Positions 18,196 through 26,682 of a stretch of DNA of 59,080 nucleotides are shown here, piece by piece (position 1 is the first letter of the stretch; every line of letters starts with the position of its first letter). The translations under genes and the position numbers were made by a program. Source of the stretch: a virus; IMG/VR virus record IMGVR_UViG_3300025011_000007. One strand, 5' to 3'. The notes under the pieces were generated by a model that had not been told where the DNA came from, searched no databases, and saw nothing but the letters and a program-made list of their open reading frames with translations.

Positions 18196-18435
18196 ATGTT
18201 TATAAAAATAATTCTTATATTAATTGCGATAGGTTCTGGATTTACCGCATTGCGTGGACTAATTCCAGAAAATTCAATAGTACAAATTTATTACACTCTG
18301 AATAGTTTAATATTTGTTATATGTTTGGGCTTTATCGGAATTTTGCCTGTCAAAAGCAAGGAAAGAAAAACAGACAAAACAGAATCAATATTTACAAGAA
18401 ACTTTGATGTGCCAAGCAGGGACGATAGGTATTAA
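18196..18435 (+). CDS. Small two-TM membrane protein (moron, co-oriented with imm)
   Basis: 79 aa with IKIILILIAIGSGFTAL and LNSLIFVICLGFIGILPV. The upstream 35 nt nearly duplicates the leader of 17961. Confidence 0.55.
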   Translation: MFIKIILILIAIGSGFTALRGLIPENSIVQIYYTLNSLIFVICLGFIGILPVKSKERKTDKTESIFTRNFDVPSRDDRY

Positions 18436-18692
18436 CCCTTTCCTGCCCGCGCTCTCAATCTATCAACACTTTCCTGAGTTTTTTTATTTTTTTCAGCTTC
18501 TTCCTTGTCTTTTTCAGACTGAACTTGCTGTTTTGTCTTTAAACAACCTTCATTGACAAGATGTTGATAATAAAAAGCGTAAAATTTTCGAGGATTAGAT
18601 TCCCAAAATTCTTCTTCTGACCAGTGCAGAATTGCAAGAGCAAAAGTTAATTCTCTTGTCCAATAAGTTCTGTCTGGCTCTCGTTCTTTTTT
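18432..18692 (-). CDS. -1 frame extension of the chaperone (T-like part of the G-T fusion)
   Basis: The -1 frame is open for 85 codons from the slip site to TAA at 18432-18434. It reads ...LAILHWSEEEFWESNPRKFYAFYYQHL..., a typical chaperone T-domain pattern. Confidence 0.65.
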   Translation of the reverse strand, partial: KKEREPDRTYWTRELTFALAILHWSEEEFWESNPRKFYAFYYQHLVNEGCLKTKQQVQSEKDKEEAEKNKKTQESVDRLRARAGKG

Positions 18693-19048
18693 TCAGCTTC
18701 TTTATCCTCTTCAGGAAAATATATTTGATTATAAATTTCAGGTTGAAGAAATATTTTCGTATAGGCTTGAGAAGTGGCTTTAATCATTGCTTCATAATAA
18801 CCAGTAAATTTGCCGACATCTTCCAAAGTTAAATCAGGTTGATGTCTCAATAGTCCTGCAAGTATCAATATTTCAATTTCTTCTTCGCTTAATTTAGCTG
18901 TGATAAATTTATTATAAAATTCGTATCTTCCAAGTTCTGTTTGTTTGGTAATAAATTTAATAGCATTATTATCAAACTCAACAAGCATTTCCTTGCCATT
19001 GGTTTGAATTTTTAACGGTTCGTTGAATAAATCGTCTAATTCTGACAT
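18647..19048 (-). CDS. Tail assembly chaperone (G-like, zero-frame product)
   Basis: 133 aa, upstream of the tape measure gene. Contains the slippery heptamer near its 3' end. Confidence 0.7.
   Translation of the reverse strand: MSELDDLFNEPLKIQTNGKEMLVEFDNNAIKFITKQTELGRYEFYNKFITAKLSEEEIEILILAGLLRHQPDLTLEDVGKFTGYYEAMIKATSQAYTKIFLQPEIYNQIYFPEEDKEAEKKNESQTELIGQEN
18686..18692 (-). promoter_or_regulatory. Programmed -1 ribosomal frameshift heptamer A_AAA_AAG
   Basis: Minus strand reads GAA GCT GAA AAA AAG. The X_XXY_YYZ motif is in the correct phase, 13 codons before the zero-frame stop. Confidence 0.65.
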
Positions 19049-19092
19049 TTTTAACTCCTATAAATTTCTAACATCGGTTTTATCGATGCAAA

Positions 19093-19839
19093 TTAAGCTA
19101 TTACTGATTTATTAATTTTTCTATCCTGAAGCTCTGCTTTATTCACGAAAGCAACAATTTTTCTTTCGGAATAATCTTGTAATTCTTTTTTACGTTGCTC
19201 AAAAGTCCAACCAAGTTCAATAAAAGCAGTATTTAGAATCTGCAATTTGTCTATCAATTTTATTTGAGCAGGGGTTAAATTATCCCTAATGTTCTCCACT
19301 AAGTATTTTTCTCTATATTGTTTTGCTGTATAGCCTGTAACAATGCGATTAATTAAATCTGCTTCATTCGAGTAATGATAAAATTTAGCTGGGTCATGTG
19401 CAGATTGTATTGCATCTGTCAAAGGTCTATAATTAATGCCTGTTTGAAATCTTATTGTTTTATAATCTTCGAGATTGTGAAATAAATCTAAAAGCTTATT
19501 TAAAAGTTTTTTACCAAGTTCTGTATTAGCTTTCAGTAAAATAAGTTCAGCAGTCCTTTTGCTAATAAAATAATCTGTCCTAGCCCTGCCTTTCGTTTGA
19601 TTGATGACCTTTATATAATCTTTGTTTTCTTCAAAATATAAATTTCCAGAATCTTCACATTTTAAACTTATTAAATTTCTTTCAGACCATCTTTGATAAT
19701 TCCCTTCAAGATTTTTTTTGTTCTTTTCTTCCGCTCGGAAGAAAACTTTTTCATAAACATTTTTTAAATTAATAAGTTCATCTTTTCTTACTTCAATTCC
19801 TGTTTCTTTTCTGAAATCCATTAAAATAATTTTACTCAT
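19093..19839 (-). CDS. Anti-repressor-like protein (ORF6C-type C-terminal domain) inserted between the tube and chaperone genes
   Basis: C-terminal NEADLINRIVTGYTAKQYREKYLVENIRDNLTPAQIKLIDKLQILNTAFIELGWTFEQRKKEL resembles the ORF6C/antirepressor domain. Confidence 0.5.
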   Translation of the reverse strand: MSKIILMDFRKETGIEVRKDELINLKNVYEKVFFRAEEKNKKNLEGNYQRWSERNLISLKCEDSGNLYFEENKDYIKVINQTKGRARTDYFISKRTAELILLKANTELGKKLLNKLLDLFHNLEDYKTIRFQTGINYRPLTDAIQSAHDPAKFYHYSNEADLINRIVTGYTAKQYREKYLVENIRDNLTPAQIKLIDKLQILNTAFIELGWTFEQRKKELQDYSERKIVAFVNKAELQDRKINKSVIA

Positions 19840-19867
19840 AAATTTTCATCCTTATTTCTTCATCCTG

Positions 19868-19913
19868 ATAATAAAACCACCCCCTCGATGCAGGATGAAA
19901 ACACCGAGAGGGC
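19868..19913 (-). terminator. Hairpin plus U-run downstream of the 51-aa zinc-ribbon ORF
   Basis: Minus-strand RNA: ccctctcg...cgaggggg stem (8 bp including G-U), followed by uGGUUUUAUU. Confidence 0.45.
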
Positions 19914-19931
19914 TTTTATTTAAATTTTTAA

Positions 19932-20087
19932 TTAGATTAAATTGGCTTTTCTGACTTTATTGTCATGATTACAGGATTTGCATTTAAATCCGCCGACATC
20001 AAAGTTAAGATTGCCTGAAATATCGTTTTTTGTTTTACATTTTGTACAAATAAACGATAATCCGTTGGGTTTCTCTTTTTTAGCCAT
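19932..20087 (-). CDS. 51-aa zinc-ribbon protein
   Basis: MAKKEKPNGLSFICTKCKTKNDISGNLNFDVGGFKCKSCNHDNKVRKANLI (CxxC...CxxC). SD aaggtgg upstream. Below the ORF-track size cutoff. Confidence 0.5.
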   Translation of the reverse strand: MAKKEKPNGLSFICTKCKTKNDISGNLNFDVGGFKCKSCNHDNKVRKANLI

Positions 20088-20100
20088 TACTCACCACCTT

Positions 20101-20694
20101 TTATGTAGTAATAGCGGTAATAGCGGTATCTGCTGCATAAAATTTAGTGTCTTGCATTAAGCCTGCGGTTTTTGCATCGGGCAAGCCTGTATTTCTTGTG
20201 AATTGCTTAACTGTAAAGAATGTCTTTCCTGAAACCTTGATTGTATCAAAGGCATCTTCGCTTGCTCCTGATGTAATTGATTCAACTTTGCATTTCATTA
20301 AATGTAAAGCAGCTGAACCGTTAGGTATTTCAATGCCCTCTGGCTTAATTGCCATCTGGAAAGGTTTTGGGTTATCCCCTTTTTGGAGAGAAAACGTTGC
20401 CGCTGTAGTATTTGTTCTATACCTACCACCAAGTAAAACAACTAAAAGTGGAAAATCAGTTTTAGCGCATTCAAAACTAAATACTCCGTTAATGGTTTTT
20501 GCGAATGAGTCCATTACCACTCCATCGCCTGTTAAATCTGTGCTTTTAAGTTCTGGATTACTTGAAAAGTTTTTGATGCCAGGAATATCAACAGCAGTGC
20601 CTACCGTATAAGCGGATAGGGTATCTGCTGTTATTTCAAACAGTTTTGCATCTGCTGCGCCGAAACTCCATGATTGAGTTGCTACATCTACCAT
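20101..20694 (-). CDS. Major tail (tube) protein
   Basis: 197 aa. Position is between the tail-completion genes and the chaperone. SD ggagaa upstream. Confidence 0.6.
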   Translation of the reverse strand: MVDVATQSWSFGAADAKLFEITADTLSAYTVGTAVDIPGIKNFSSNPELKSTDLTGDGVVMDSFAKTINGVFSFECAKTDFPLLVVLLGGRYRTNTTAATFSLQKGDNPKPFQMAIKPEGIEIPNGSAALHLMKCKVESITSGASEDAFDTIKVSGKTFFTVKQFTRNTGLPDAKTAGLMQDTKFYAADTAITAITT

Positions 20695-20705
20695 TGTTTT
20701 TTCTC

Positions 20706-21170
20706 CTATAAATTACCTGTGTTATACACTCCTGTGAACTGATATTTTATTCCTGCCCCTCTGACGAGAAGCCTATTTTTGTCAACTACAATTTCTTCTA
20801 TTTCTACAAGTTCAACTTTTTTAATAGCAGTATTACTCAAGATATATGTACTTTTGTCTATTGAATTCACAATTAATGCAGTAAATTCAAGGAATTTTTC
20901 CAAGCTTTCCTGCTTTGTTTCCTGTGTATAGTCAATAAGAAGTATCAAATCGCAACTAAAGCGTCTTGCCGCCTCTGTTTTTGATATAAAATTTGTTTCT
21001 AAAATTTTGAATACATCTGGTTCTATAGTTATTGAATTTTTAGAAACATTTTGCTCGTTTGTAGGTATACCCTTATAAATATCTTTTTTAGGGGTTACAA
21101 ACTTATTCAAACTCGAATCACTAATAAGAGTCTGATAAACAGACTCTATAATGCTGTATTCTATTGACAT
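20706..21170 (-). CDS. Tail terminator / head-tail joining protein (by position)
   Basis: 154-aa ORF immediately upstream of the tube gene. Confidence 0.45.
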   Translation of the reverse strand: MSIEYSIIESVYQTLISDSSLNKFVTPKKDIYKGIPTNEQNVSKNSITIEPDVFKILETNFISKTEAARRFSCDLILLIDYTQETKQESLEKFLEFTALIVNSIDKSTYILSNTAIKKVELVEIEEIVVDKNRLLVRGAGIKYQFTGVYNTGNL

Positions 21171-21176
21171 TCTTTA

Positions 21177-21656
21177 TTAATCCCTGTTATTGAATAAATG
21201 TATTTGAAAAAGCCTTATAATTTTCCCTGTCGCTTCTTCTGATAAATCACGCATAAAAGGACGAGCAGGAAGTTTTCTTTTTTTATCTCCGTAGTTATGA
21301 GCTGCTGCATATTCAACATTTGTTTTAACTTCCGCACCAAAAGCATTTGAATATGGTCTTATACTGTTTTTTAGTCTTCCAGTATCTTGCAATATTTTTA
21401 AAGAAGTTCTCCCTTTTTTAACCGTACCTCTTTTAGTAAGCATTTTTCTGCGTTTCATTGTTTGCTTTGTCAGCATTATAGGTCGCCAATGAGTTCCTTT
21501 TTCGTCAGATTCTCCCTCAAACCTTTTCATCACATCAGCATGCATAATCAAAGAAGCCTTCTTAAAAGGAGTTGCCATATTTAATGCTTTTTTCTTCATC
21601 AAATTAATGAGGTTTAAAAGCCCTTTATCGTCAATTTTTACTGTAATATCAGACAT
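21177..21656 (-). CDS. Virion morphogenesis / tail completion protein (Mu G / HK97 gp10-like)
   Basis: THWRPI...LQDTGRLKNSI...NVEYAAAHNYG...LPARPFM is the typical pattern of this family. Confidence 0.65.
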   Translation of the reverse strand: MSDITVKIDDKGLLNLINLMKKKALNMATPFKKASLIMHADVMKRFEGESDEKGTHWRPIMLTKQTMKRRKMLTKRGTVKKGRTSLKILQDTGRLKNSIRPYSNAFGAEVKTNVEYAAAHNYGDKKRKLPARPFMRDLSEEATGKIIRLFQIHLFNNRD

Positions 21657-21661
21657 ATTAA

Positions 21662-22519
21662 TTAACCTGAATAATTTTCAAACATTATTACTGGTTCATT
21701 TGCTTCAACAACCGTTTCAGAAGAAGAATATGAAATAATTTTGTCCGTTTTTGTTAATCCGAAGATAACTTTTTTACCTTTAGAAATATCTTCAAGTTCT
21801 GAAATAGCTTGTTCGTACCGCACTCTTTGAGGGGATTTTGTAGTACCACCTTCAGTAGTTTCAAGATTTGAATGTAAATTGTAAGCAGCAATAACAGCCG
21901 AGTAGCTTTTAATTTGAGAGGGAGTCGAAGTAAACGGGAGTGTATATTCTCCAAGGTACGAATTAATCTGATCATCTGCAATTTCAATTACTCCTATCAA
22001 ATCTTCATCGTCAATGCCTGAAGTTGAACCAATATGACCCATTAAGGCTCTGACATCATCAGGAGTGCAATATCCTGTATAATCAAAGCCAAAATTTAAT
22101 GAACTTATAGAGGGTGTGGCGGTTCCGTTAGAATTTAAAAAGATTCTGATTTTCACTCTGGTTCTTTCAGTCGTGAAAGTTGATAAATTTGCCTGAATCT
22201 CTGCAAGGGTATTGCTTTGCGAATAACTGCCATTAGATACAACCCAACCAGAATGATAATAATAATCCTGTCCGTCTTTTATTAGAGTATATTGAACGGC
22301 TGTTCCGGTCGGCTCTGTTACTATGGGAACAAAAGAGTTTATTGCAGTAAGCGGAATACTCTTTTTAGTTGCAATTGACGGATTTAGATTACAATAATCA
22401 TAAGCGGTAGAATACGCATCAGATAAACGTAAAACACCGCTTGCGGATTCAATCAAGTTTTCATCAAATGTAAAATTATCAGAATATTTGAAAAGATATT
22501 GCTTTAAGCTCTTAGGCAT
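21662..22519 (-). CDS. Head-tail connector (gp6-like C-terminal half) with an extra ~150-aa N-terminal domain
   Basis: C-terminal YCTPDDVRALMGH...IEIADDQINSYLG...IKSYSAVIAAYNLH resembles head-tail connector/adaptor proteins. Confidence 0.5.
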   Translation of the reverse strand: MPKSLKQYLFKYSDNFTFDENLIESASGVLRLSDAYSTAYDYCNLNPSIATKKSIPLTAINSFVPIVTEPTGTAVQYTLIKDGQDYYYHSGWVVSNGSYSQSNTLAEIQANLSTFTTERTRVKIRIFLNSNGTATPSISSLNFGFDYTGYCTPDDVRALMGHIGSTSGIDDEDLIGVIEIADDQINSYLGEYTLPFTSTPSQIKSYSAVIAAYNLHSNLETTEGGTTKSPQRVRYEQAISELEDISKGKKVIFGLTKTDKIISYSSSETVVEANEPVIMFENYSG

Positions 22520-22883
22520 TTCCTTCGGCTTCCTTTATTTTTTTTACAAGAGTCGCATCTTTCATATTTGAAATATTGCCTTTTACACCTGCTTCTTTTG
22601 CTTGAAGCTCTAATGCAATTCTTTCTTCAAGAATTTTTTCAGGATTTATAGCTTCAAGACCAAGTTCGTTTAAATCATCATCTGAATCACTATCAAGATC
22701 CACTACGCTTTCTTCGGGATTTATAGCTTTTATAATTTCATCAAGCCTTTTTTGTGAAACATTAATAACGAATTTACCGGAAGTTAATTTATAAAGACCT
22801 TCTCTTAATTGCTTAACTTCAATTTCATAGTGCAAGGCTTCTGATTTTGGGAGTTTTACACCTTCTTTTGATATTAATTGCAT
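22512..22883 (-). CDS. Hypothetical acidic head-module protein
   Basis: 123 aa with acidic DLDSDSDDDLNELG. Lies directly downstream of the capsid gene. Confidence 0.5.
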   Translation of the reverse strand: MQLISKEGVKLPKSEALHYEIEVKQLREGLYKLTSGKFVINVSQKRLDEIIKAINPEESVVDLDSDSDDDLNELGLEAINPEKILEERIALELQAKEAGVKGNISNMKDATLVKKIKEAEGNA

Positions 22884-22914
22884 AATTTTTTGTATCCTCT
22901 TTTTTAAAAAGTTT

Positions 22915-22943
22915 TAAAGGGGCTATTTTTCAAACCCCTTTAA
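22915..22943 (-). terminator. Intergenic hairpin after the major capsid gene (possible partial terminator)
   Basis: taaagggg (22915-22922) / cccctttaa (22935-22943). A U5 follows on the minus strand. Confidence 0.4.
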
Positions 22944-22980
22944 TAAAACTTTTTATTACTTATAAATAACTTAAATTAAA

Positions 22981-23964
22981 CTATGAATTTGTTACCATTA
23001 CGGCTTTCCACCATGCGCCATAACCGAAACCGCCTCTATAGTTAGCACCATATTTAAGAAGTCCTTCTTCTGTGTATGATTCGCTTTGAAGATTTGGTGT
23101 TGTGAATTCAAGAGCTTTTTCTTCTTGAAAAAGAATTGGACGCATATCGTCAGAAACATCAACTACATAGTAATCGTCACCATCAGTAAACGGCCATACA
23201 TGAATTTCTCCGATATATCCTTTAGCTTCGTTGGTAACTGAGGTTGAAATATTATCCTGAGCTTTTAATGATCTAAAAATCGGAGCTAAGAGAGGAGCGC
23301 AATAGATATCTATTTTAGTAACTCTTGGATTTAACAATCTTTTCGCATCGTCAGAGCCAGTCCAATAGAAGCCTTCTATTTTTCCGATAGCAGTCATAAC
23401 ATCAGCGTGTACTAAAGCTAAAGTTTCACCACCGCCGGAAACTGTATTATCTTGAGTACCAGCTGCATTCCCATAATCGTGTGTTGTATCGAAAAGATTT
23501 TGCCCGTCAATACAAACACCGTAAGTATTAGCATCACCATTTTCAAGCAAAACCATTGCTTTTTCTATTGGATGATCTACTGCTCTTGTCTGAAAACTAT
23601 CAATCTGATCTTGATAGATATTAAGCCCAGAAAGAGGATTTTTCATTGCTGCTGCTGCTGCTCTTTCAAATTTTACTCTTTCAAGAACCATGCCATCATC
23701 GTACTCTACGTTAGGAATAGCCATATTGTACGCTTGGTTTGGAGTTTGATATTTTCTTGCTCCAAGTTTTTCTTTCATTCCGCCCATAAATTTAGAAAAA
23801 GGGTAATTGTTTGATTCAGAAGGGGTAACATTGTATTTTTTTAGAATAGAACCAAGACCTGAACCTGTTAGGCTTTCCAATACTTTTTTAATTCCGCCTG
23901 CTGTTACAACCTTGTTAAAAGCTGTAACTAAACCGTCAACTGTGTAACCTGCTGCTTGAGGCAT
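22981..23964 (-). CDS. Major capsid protein (possibly Mu gpT-like family)
   Basis: 327 aa. Follows the protease/scaffold and decoration genes and is flanked by hairpin terminators. Strong SD aaggaga. Confidence 0.75.
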   Translation of the reverse strand: MPQAAGYTVDGLVTAFNKVVTAGGIKKVLESLTGSGLGSILKKYNVTPSESNNYPFSKFMGGMKEKLGARKYQTPNQAYNMAIPNVEYDDGMVLERVKFERAAAAAMKNPLSGLNIYQDQIDSFQTRAVDHPIEKAMVLLENGDANTYGVCIDGQNLFDTTHDYGNAAGTQDNTVSGGGETLALVHADVMTAIGKIEGFYWTGSDDAKRLLNPRVTKIDIYCAPLLAPIFRSLKAQDNISTSVTNEAKGYIGEIHVWPFTDGDDYYVVDVSDDMRPILFQEEKALEFTTPNLQSESYTEEGLLKYGANYRGGFGYGAWWKAVMVTNS

Positions 23965-23994
23965 TTTTATTTCTCCTTATAAATTTTTACTTAC

Positions 23995-24024
23995 GAAAAA
24001 TCCCTCCCGAAAAACTGGAGGGAA
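23995..24024 (-). terminator. Rho-independent terminator after the decoration-protein gene
   Basis: tccctcc (24001-24007) / ggaggga (24017-24023), with a U-run on the minus strand (A-run 23996-24000). Confidence 0.55.
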
Positions 24025-24060
24025 ACTATATATAAAATGTCTTATTGGTTGAAAATGTTT

Positions 24061-24477
24061 TTAGATTTGAACTTCTGCTAGAGTAGTTGTTATAAATTTT
24101 CTGATAGTACCGACTTGAATATCATTAGTAGTAGTAGCTGCTAATTCTACTTGATCGTCAGATTTTCCATAAACTGCAACGCCTACATCTGTTGCTGCTA
24201 TAGTTCCAGTTTTCATTTCAACTAACGCGCCTGAACCAACAGGAATTACCAGAACAGTATTGTCACCATCAGTTCCACCGGCTGCTTGATTGAGTTCTTC
24301 AAGAGCTACACCGCAAAATTTTTCTCCTGGGGTATCAGCTGTTAATTTCGCAAAACCGTCTGTGCCGTAGTTAAGCAAAGCACCTGCATAAATATGAACT
24401 GCTCCTGCTCCTACCGGAACTCTTTTTCTTGTTTCTTTTTCTACATAAACAGTAGATTTGTTTGCACTTAATGCCAT
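24061..24477 (-). CDS. Head decoration / cement protein (DUF2190-like)
   Basis: 138 aa, Gly/Ala/Val-rich (VPVGAGAVHIYAGALLNYGTDGFAKL). Lies between the protease and capsid genes. Confidence 0.5.
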   Translation of the reverse strand: MALSANKSTVYVEKETRKRVPVGAGAVHIYAGALLNYGTDGFAKLTADTPGEKFCGVALEELNQAAGGTDGDNTVLVIPVGSGALVEMKTGTIAATDVGVAVYGKSDDQVELAATTTNDIQVGTIRKFITTTLAEVQI

Positions 24478-24569
24478 GAGCTTTATCTCCTTGTTTAATT
24501 TTTTGTACTACTATTAGTCCACTATTAAAGAGGTGAGCTGTTCTCTTATTTTTTAAAAGGCTAAAAACC

Positions 24570-26123
24570 TTATGCCATTGCTTTTATTTCTTCATCTGAA
24601 AGACCGCTTGCTTTCAGGATTTCATTAGCTTGTTTCTCTGCTTCAGAGAGGTTTTTATTAGCTTCTTCTTTTTCTTTTTGTGAATAAGTAGCTGTTAAAT
24701 CAATTTTTGGACGATTAGAGAATAAATCTTCAAAAGCATTTGAAATATTAAGTTCCTGTTCTTTGTCGTCTTTACTGAAAGTGATTTTTTCTTCGCTATC
24801 TTCAAGTTTTTCAAGAACAGCTGTAAGGGCTTTTTTCTGATAAGGATAAATAGAACCTTTTGCTATCAAGTCATTAACCTTGATTTCAACTTTTTCTTTT
24901 TTAGCTGCTGCTTTGAATTCAGCAAGTTCTTTTTCTGCTGCTGCTGCTTTGTCAGATTCTTCTTTTGCTTTGGTTTCTGCTGTTGCTTTGTCGGCTTCGG
25001 CTTTAACTTTAGCCGCTTGTTCTACTGCTAATTGTGCTTCGAGTTCTTTTGTCATTTTTTCTTCCTCATTGTCTATTGTATCTTTTTCTTTAGTGAATAA
25101 ATCAGGGATTTCAGGTTGAGTAGCACCCAGAAGGGCTATAGAATCCAACACTAAACCCAATTCTTTATTTTGTATTTTATATTTTGTCCATATTTCCGGT
25201 GATCTTTTGCAAAATAATTGTTTATCTATCAAATTGAAAATCGGCTCTGGGATATTAACTAAATCGCCAACCGCTGATTCTCCGACTTTGCGGATATTTT
25301 CAATACTTCCAAATGCCGGCATCGAATCACTTTTTAACCATTTTTTAAAGTCTTCGGAAAGCATTTCTAGCATTGTCTTGGAATCGTCATGACCGAGTTT
25401 AATCGGCACTTGGTAAGAATAATCTTTCATTAATAAATTAGTATTATTTACAAGGTTTTCAATATCTTTTTCGGTATATGTCTTGTCTTTGTGTGTTCCT
25501 GCCTTAAAAAGTTCCTTGTCCTTGATTGAATAAAGCTTCATTTCTTTGTTTTCAGAAAGTTGCTTGACTGATTCCTTGACGGCTTCCTCAAATTGAGTTT
25601 TCTTGAAGAGCGTAACCTCGTAATCAACAGCCATATTGTCGATAATTTCATCAGCTATTCCGTAAGCAACGGCCTGTTCAGGTGTAAGGATTTTATCCCT
25701 TGTTAATTCTTCTCGTAGAACTTCTTTATCTTTTTTCAAGTTTACGCTGAGAATATCAAGCATTTTCTCATTTATTCTTTTCGCTTCATCAATGCCGATT
25801 TCCATATCTTGAATGTCACCGTGACAACCGCCTGAAACTTGATGAAGAAGAACTCTTGCGTTTTTTGTTATATATCTTTTTTTACCCATACTGAGAAGCC
25901 AAGCTCCACAGCTTGCAGTTTGCCCTATACAAACAGTTTCAAGATTGATATTCATTAAGTTTATTGCATCAATAATAGCTAAAAGGCTTGTTACGCTGCC
26001 GCCTGCGGAATTAATTATTAACCTGATATCTTTAGTAAATTTTGCTTTTACTGCTATTTCTTTAATAAGTCTTTCCGCTGCTCCATCATAGAAATAATCA
26101 AAGAAAAATATTGTTTCAGCCAT
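24570..26123 (-). CDS. ClpP-like prohead protease fused to a coiled-coil scaffold region
   Basis: INSAGGSVTSLLAIIDAI...IGQTASCGAWLLSMG...VLLHQVSGG (S14 ClpP motifs). C-terminal Ala/Lys/Glu coiled coil EAQLAVEQAAKVKAEADKATAETKAKEE. Confidence 0.85.
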   Translation of the reverse strand: MAETIFFFDYFYDGAAERLIKEIAVKAKFTKDIRLIINSAGGSVTSLLAIIDAINLMNINLETVCIGQTASCGAWLLSMGKKRYITKNARVLLHQVSGGCHGDIQDMEIGIDEAKRINEKMLDILSVNLKKDKEVLREELTRDKILTPEQAVAYGIADEIIDNMAVDYEVTLFKKTQFEEAVKESVKQLSENKEMKLYSIKDKELFKAGTHKDKTYTEKDIENLVNNTNLLMKDYSYQVPIKLGHDDSKTMLEMLSEDFKKWLKSDSMPAFGSIENIRKVGESAVGDLVNIPEPIFNLIDKQLFCKRSPEIWTKYKIQNKELGLVLDSIALLGATQPEIPDLFTKEKDTIDNEEEKMTKELEAQLAVEQAAKVKAEADKATAETKAKEESDKAAAAEKELAEFKAAAKKEKVEIKVNDLIAKGSIYPYQKKALTAVLEKLEDSEEKITFSKDDKEQELNISNAFEDLFSNRPKIDLTATYSQKEKEEANKNLSEAEKQANEILKASGLSDEEIKAMA

Positions 26124-26145
26124 TTTATATGCTCCTTTATGTGTG

Positions 26146-26673
26146 TTAAATTATTGCTTCCTGTTTATATGAACGACCTTTCATTATTTGAAAAATGCAT
26201 CCGCTATTGACATTAAACATTTTTGCTATTCTTCCATAGGAATATTGACCTGATTTGTACAAGCCTACTATTTGTTTAATATCATCAGCGTTTAGTTTTC
26301 TTACGCTTTTAGGCCCTAAACTCATGTTTTTCTTTTTATTTTTATCATAGGTGTTTAACCCAGTGCGCCATGCGTGTTGCATATTTTCAAGATTAGTAAC
26401 CCATTCAAGATTTTCTATTAAATTATTTTGTTTATTTCCATCAATATGATTAACAAAAGGCTTGTTTCCCAAATTCTGAATGAAGGTTTCAGCTATTAAT
26501 CTATGAATGAATTCTGTTTTGCTTTTTCCGTTTTGCCTTAAAGACAAAGCCTTATAGCCTTTAGGAGTTATGTGTGAAAGCATAACCCTATTATATTTAT
26601 TACTCCAAATTTGACCATTTTTATTAACCAAATAAGCCCCGTTGTATCTTTCAATGGGATAAAATTTTTCCAT
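26146..26673 (-). CDS. Free-standing HNH homing endonuclease (NUMOD4 + HNH_3 + C-terminal HTH) between the portal and protease genes
   Basis: YLVNKNGQIWS (NUMOD4-like). FIHRLIAETF...VNHIDGNKQNNLIENLEWVTNLEN (HNH_3). Confidence 0.8.
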   Translation of the reverse strand: MEKFYPIERYNGAYLVNKNGQIWSNKYNRVMLSHITPKGYKALSLRQNGKSKTEFIHRLIAETFIQNLGNKPFVNHIDGNKQNNLIENLEWVTNLENMQHAWRTGLNTYDKNKKKNMSLGPKSVRKLNADDIKQIVGLYKSGQYSYGRIAKMFNVNSGCIFQIMKGRSYKQEAII

Positions 26674-26682
26674 AATAACCTC

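Noticed and set aside
18314-18556. Plus-strand 80-aa ORF
   Set aside because: It is the antisense shadow of the -1 frame chaperone extension (18432..18692). That extension is supported by a canonical slippery heptamer and a T-domain-like motif.
20147-20611. Plus-strand 154-aa ORF
   Set aside because: It lies entirely inside, and antisense to, the tail tube gene. Similar shadows at 5196..5441, 6397..6588, 6864..7052, 7626..7838, 8128..8400, 11481..11738, 14250..14465, 23452..23814, 24880..25119, 25207..25392, 27449..27754, 31836..32138, 43782..44165, 48863..49533 and 54458..54923 were rejected for the same reason.
21754-21987. Minus-strand 77-aa ORF nested in 21662..22519 (and 47411..47638 nested in recT)
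   Set aside because: These are alternative-frame ORFs inside longer genes that have recognisable motifs. They are Lys/Leu-rich, as expected from AT-rich out-of-frame sequence.
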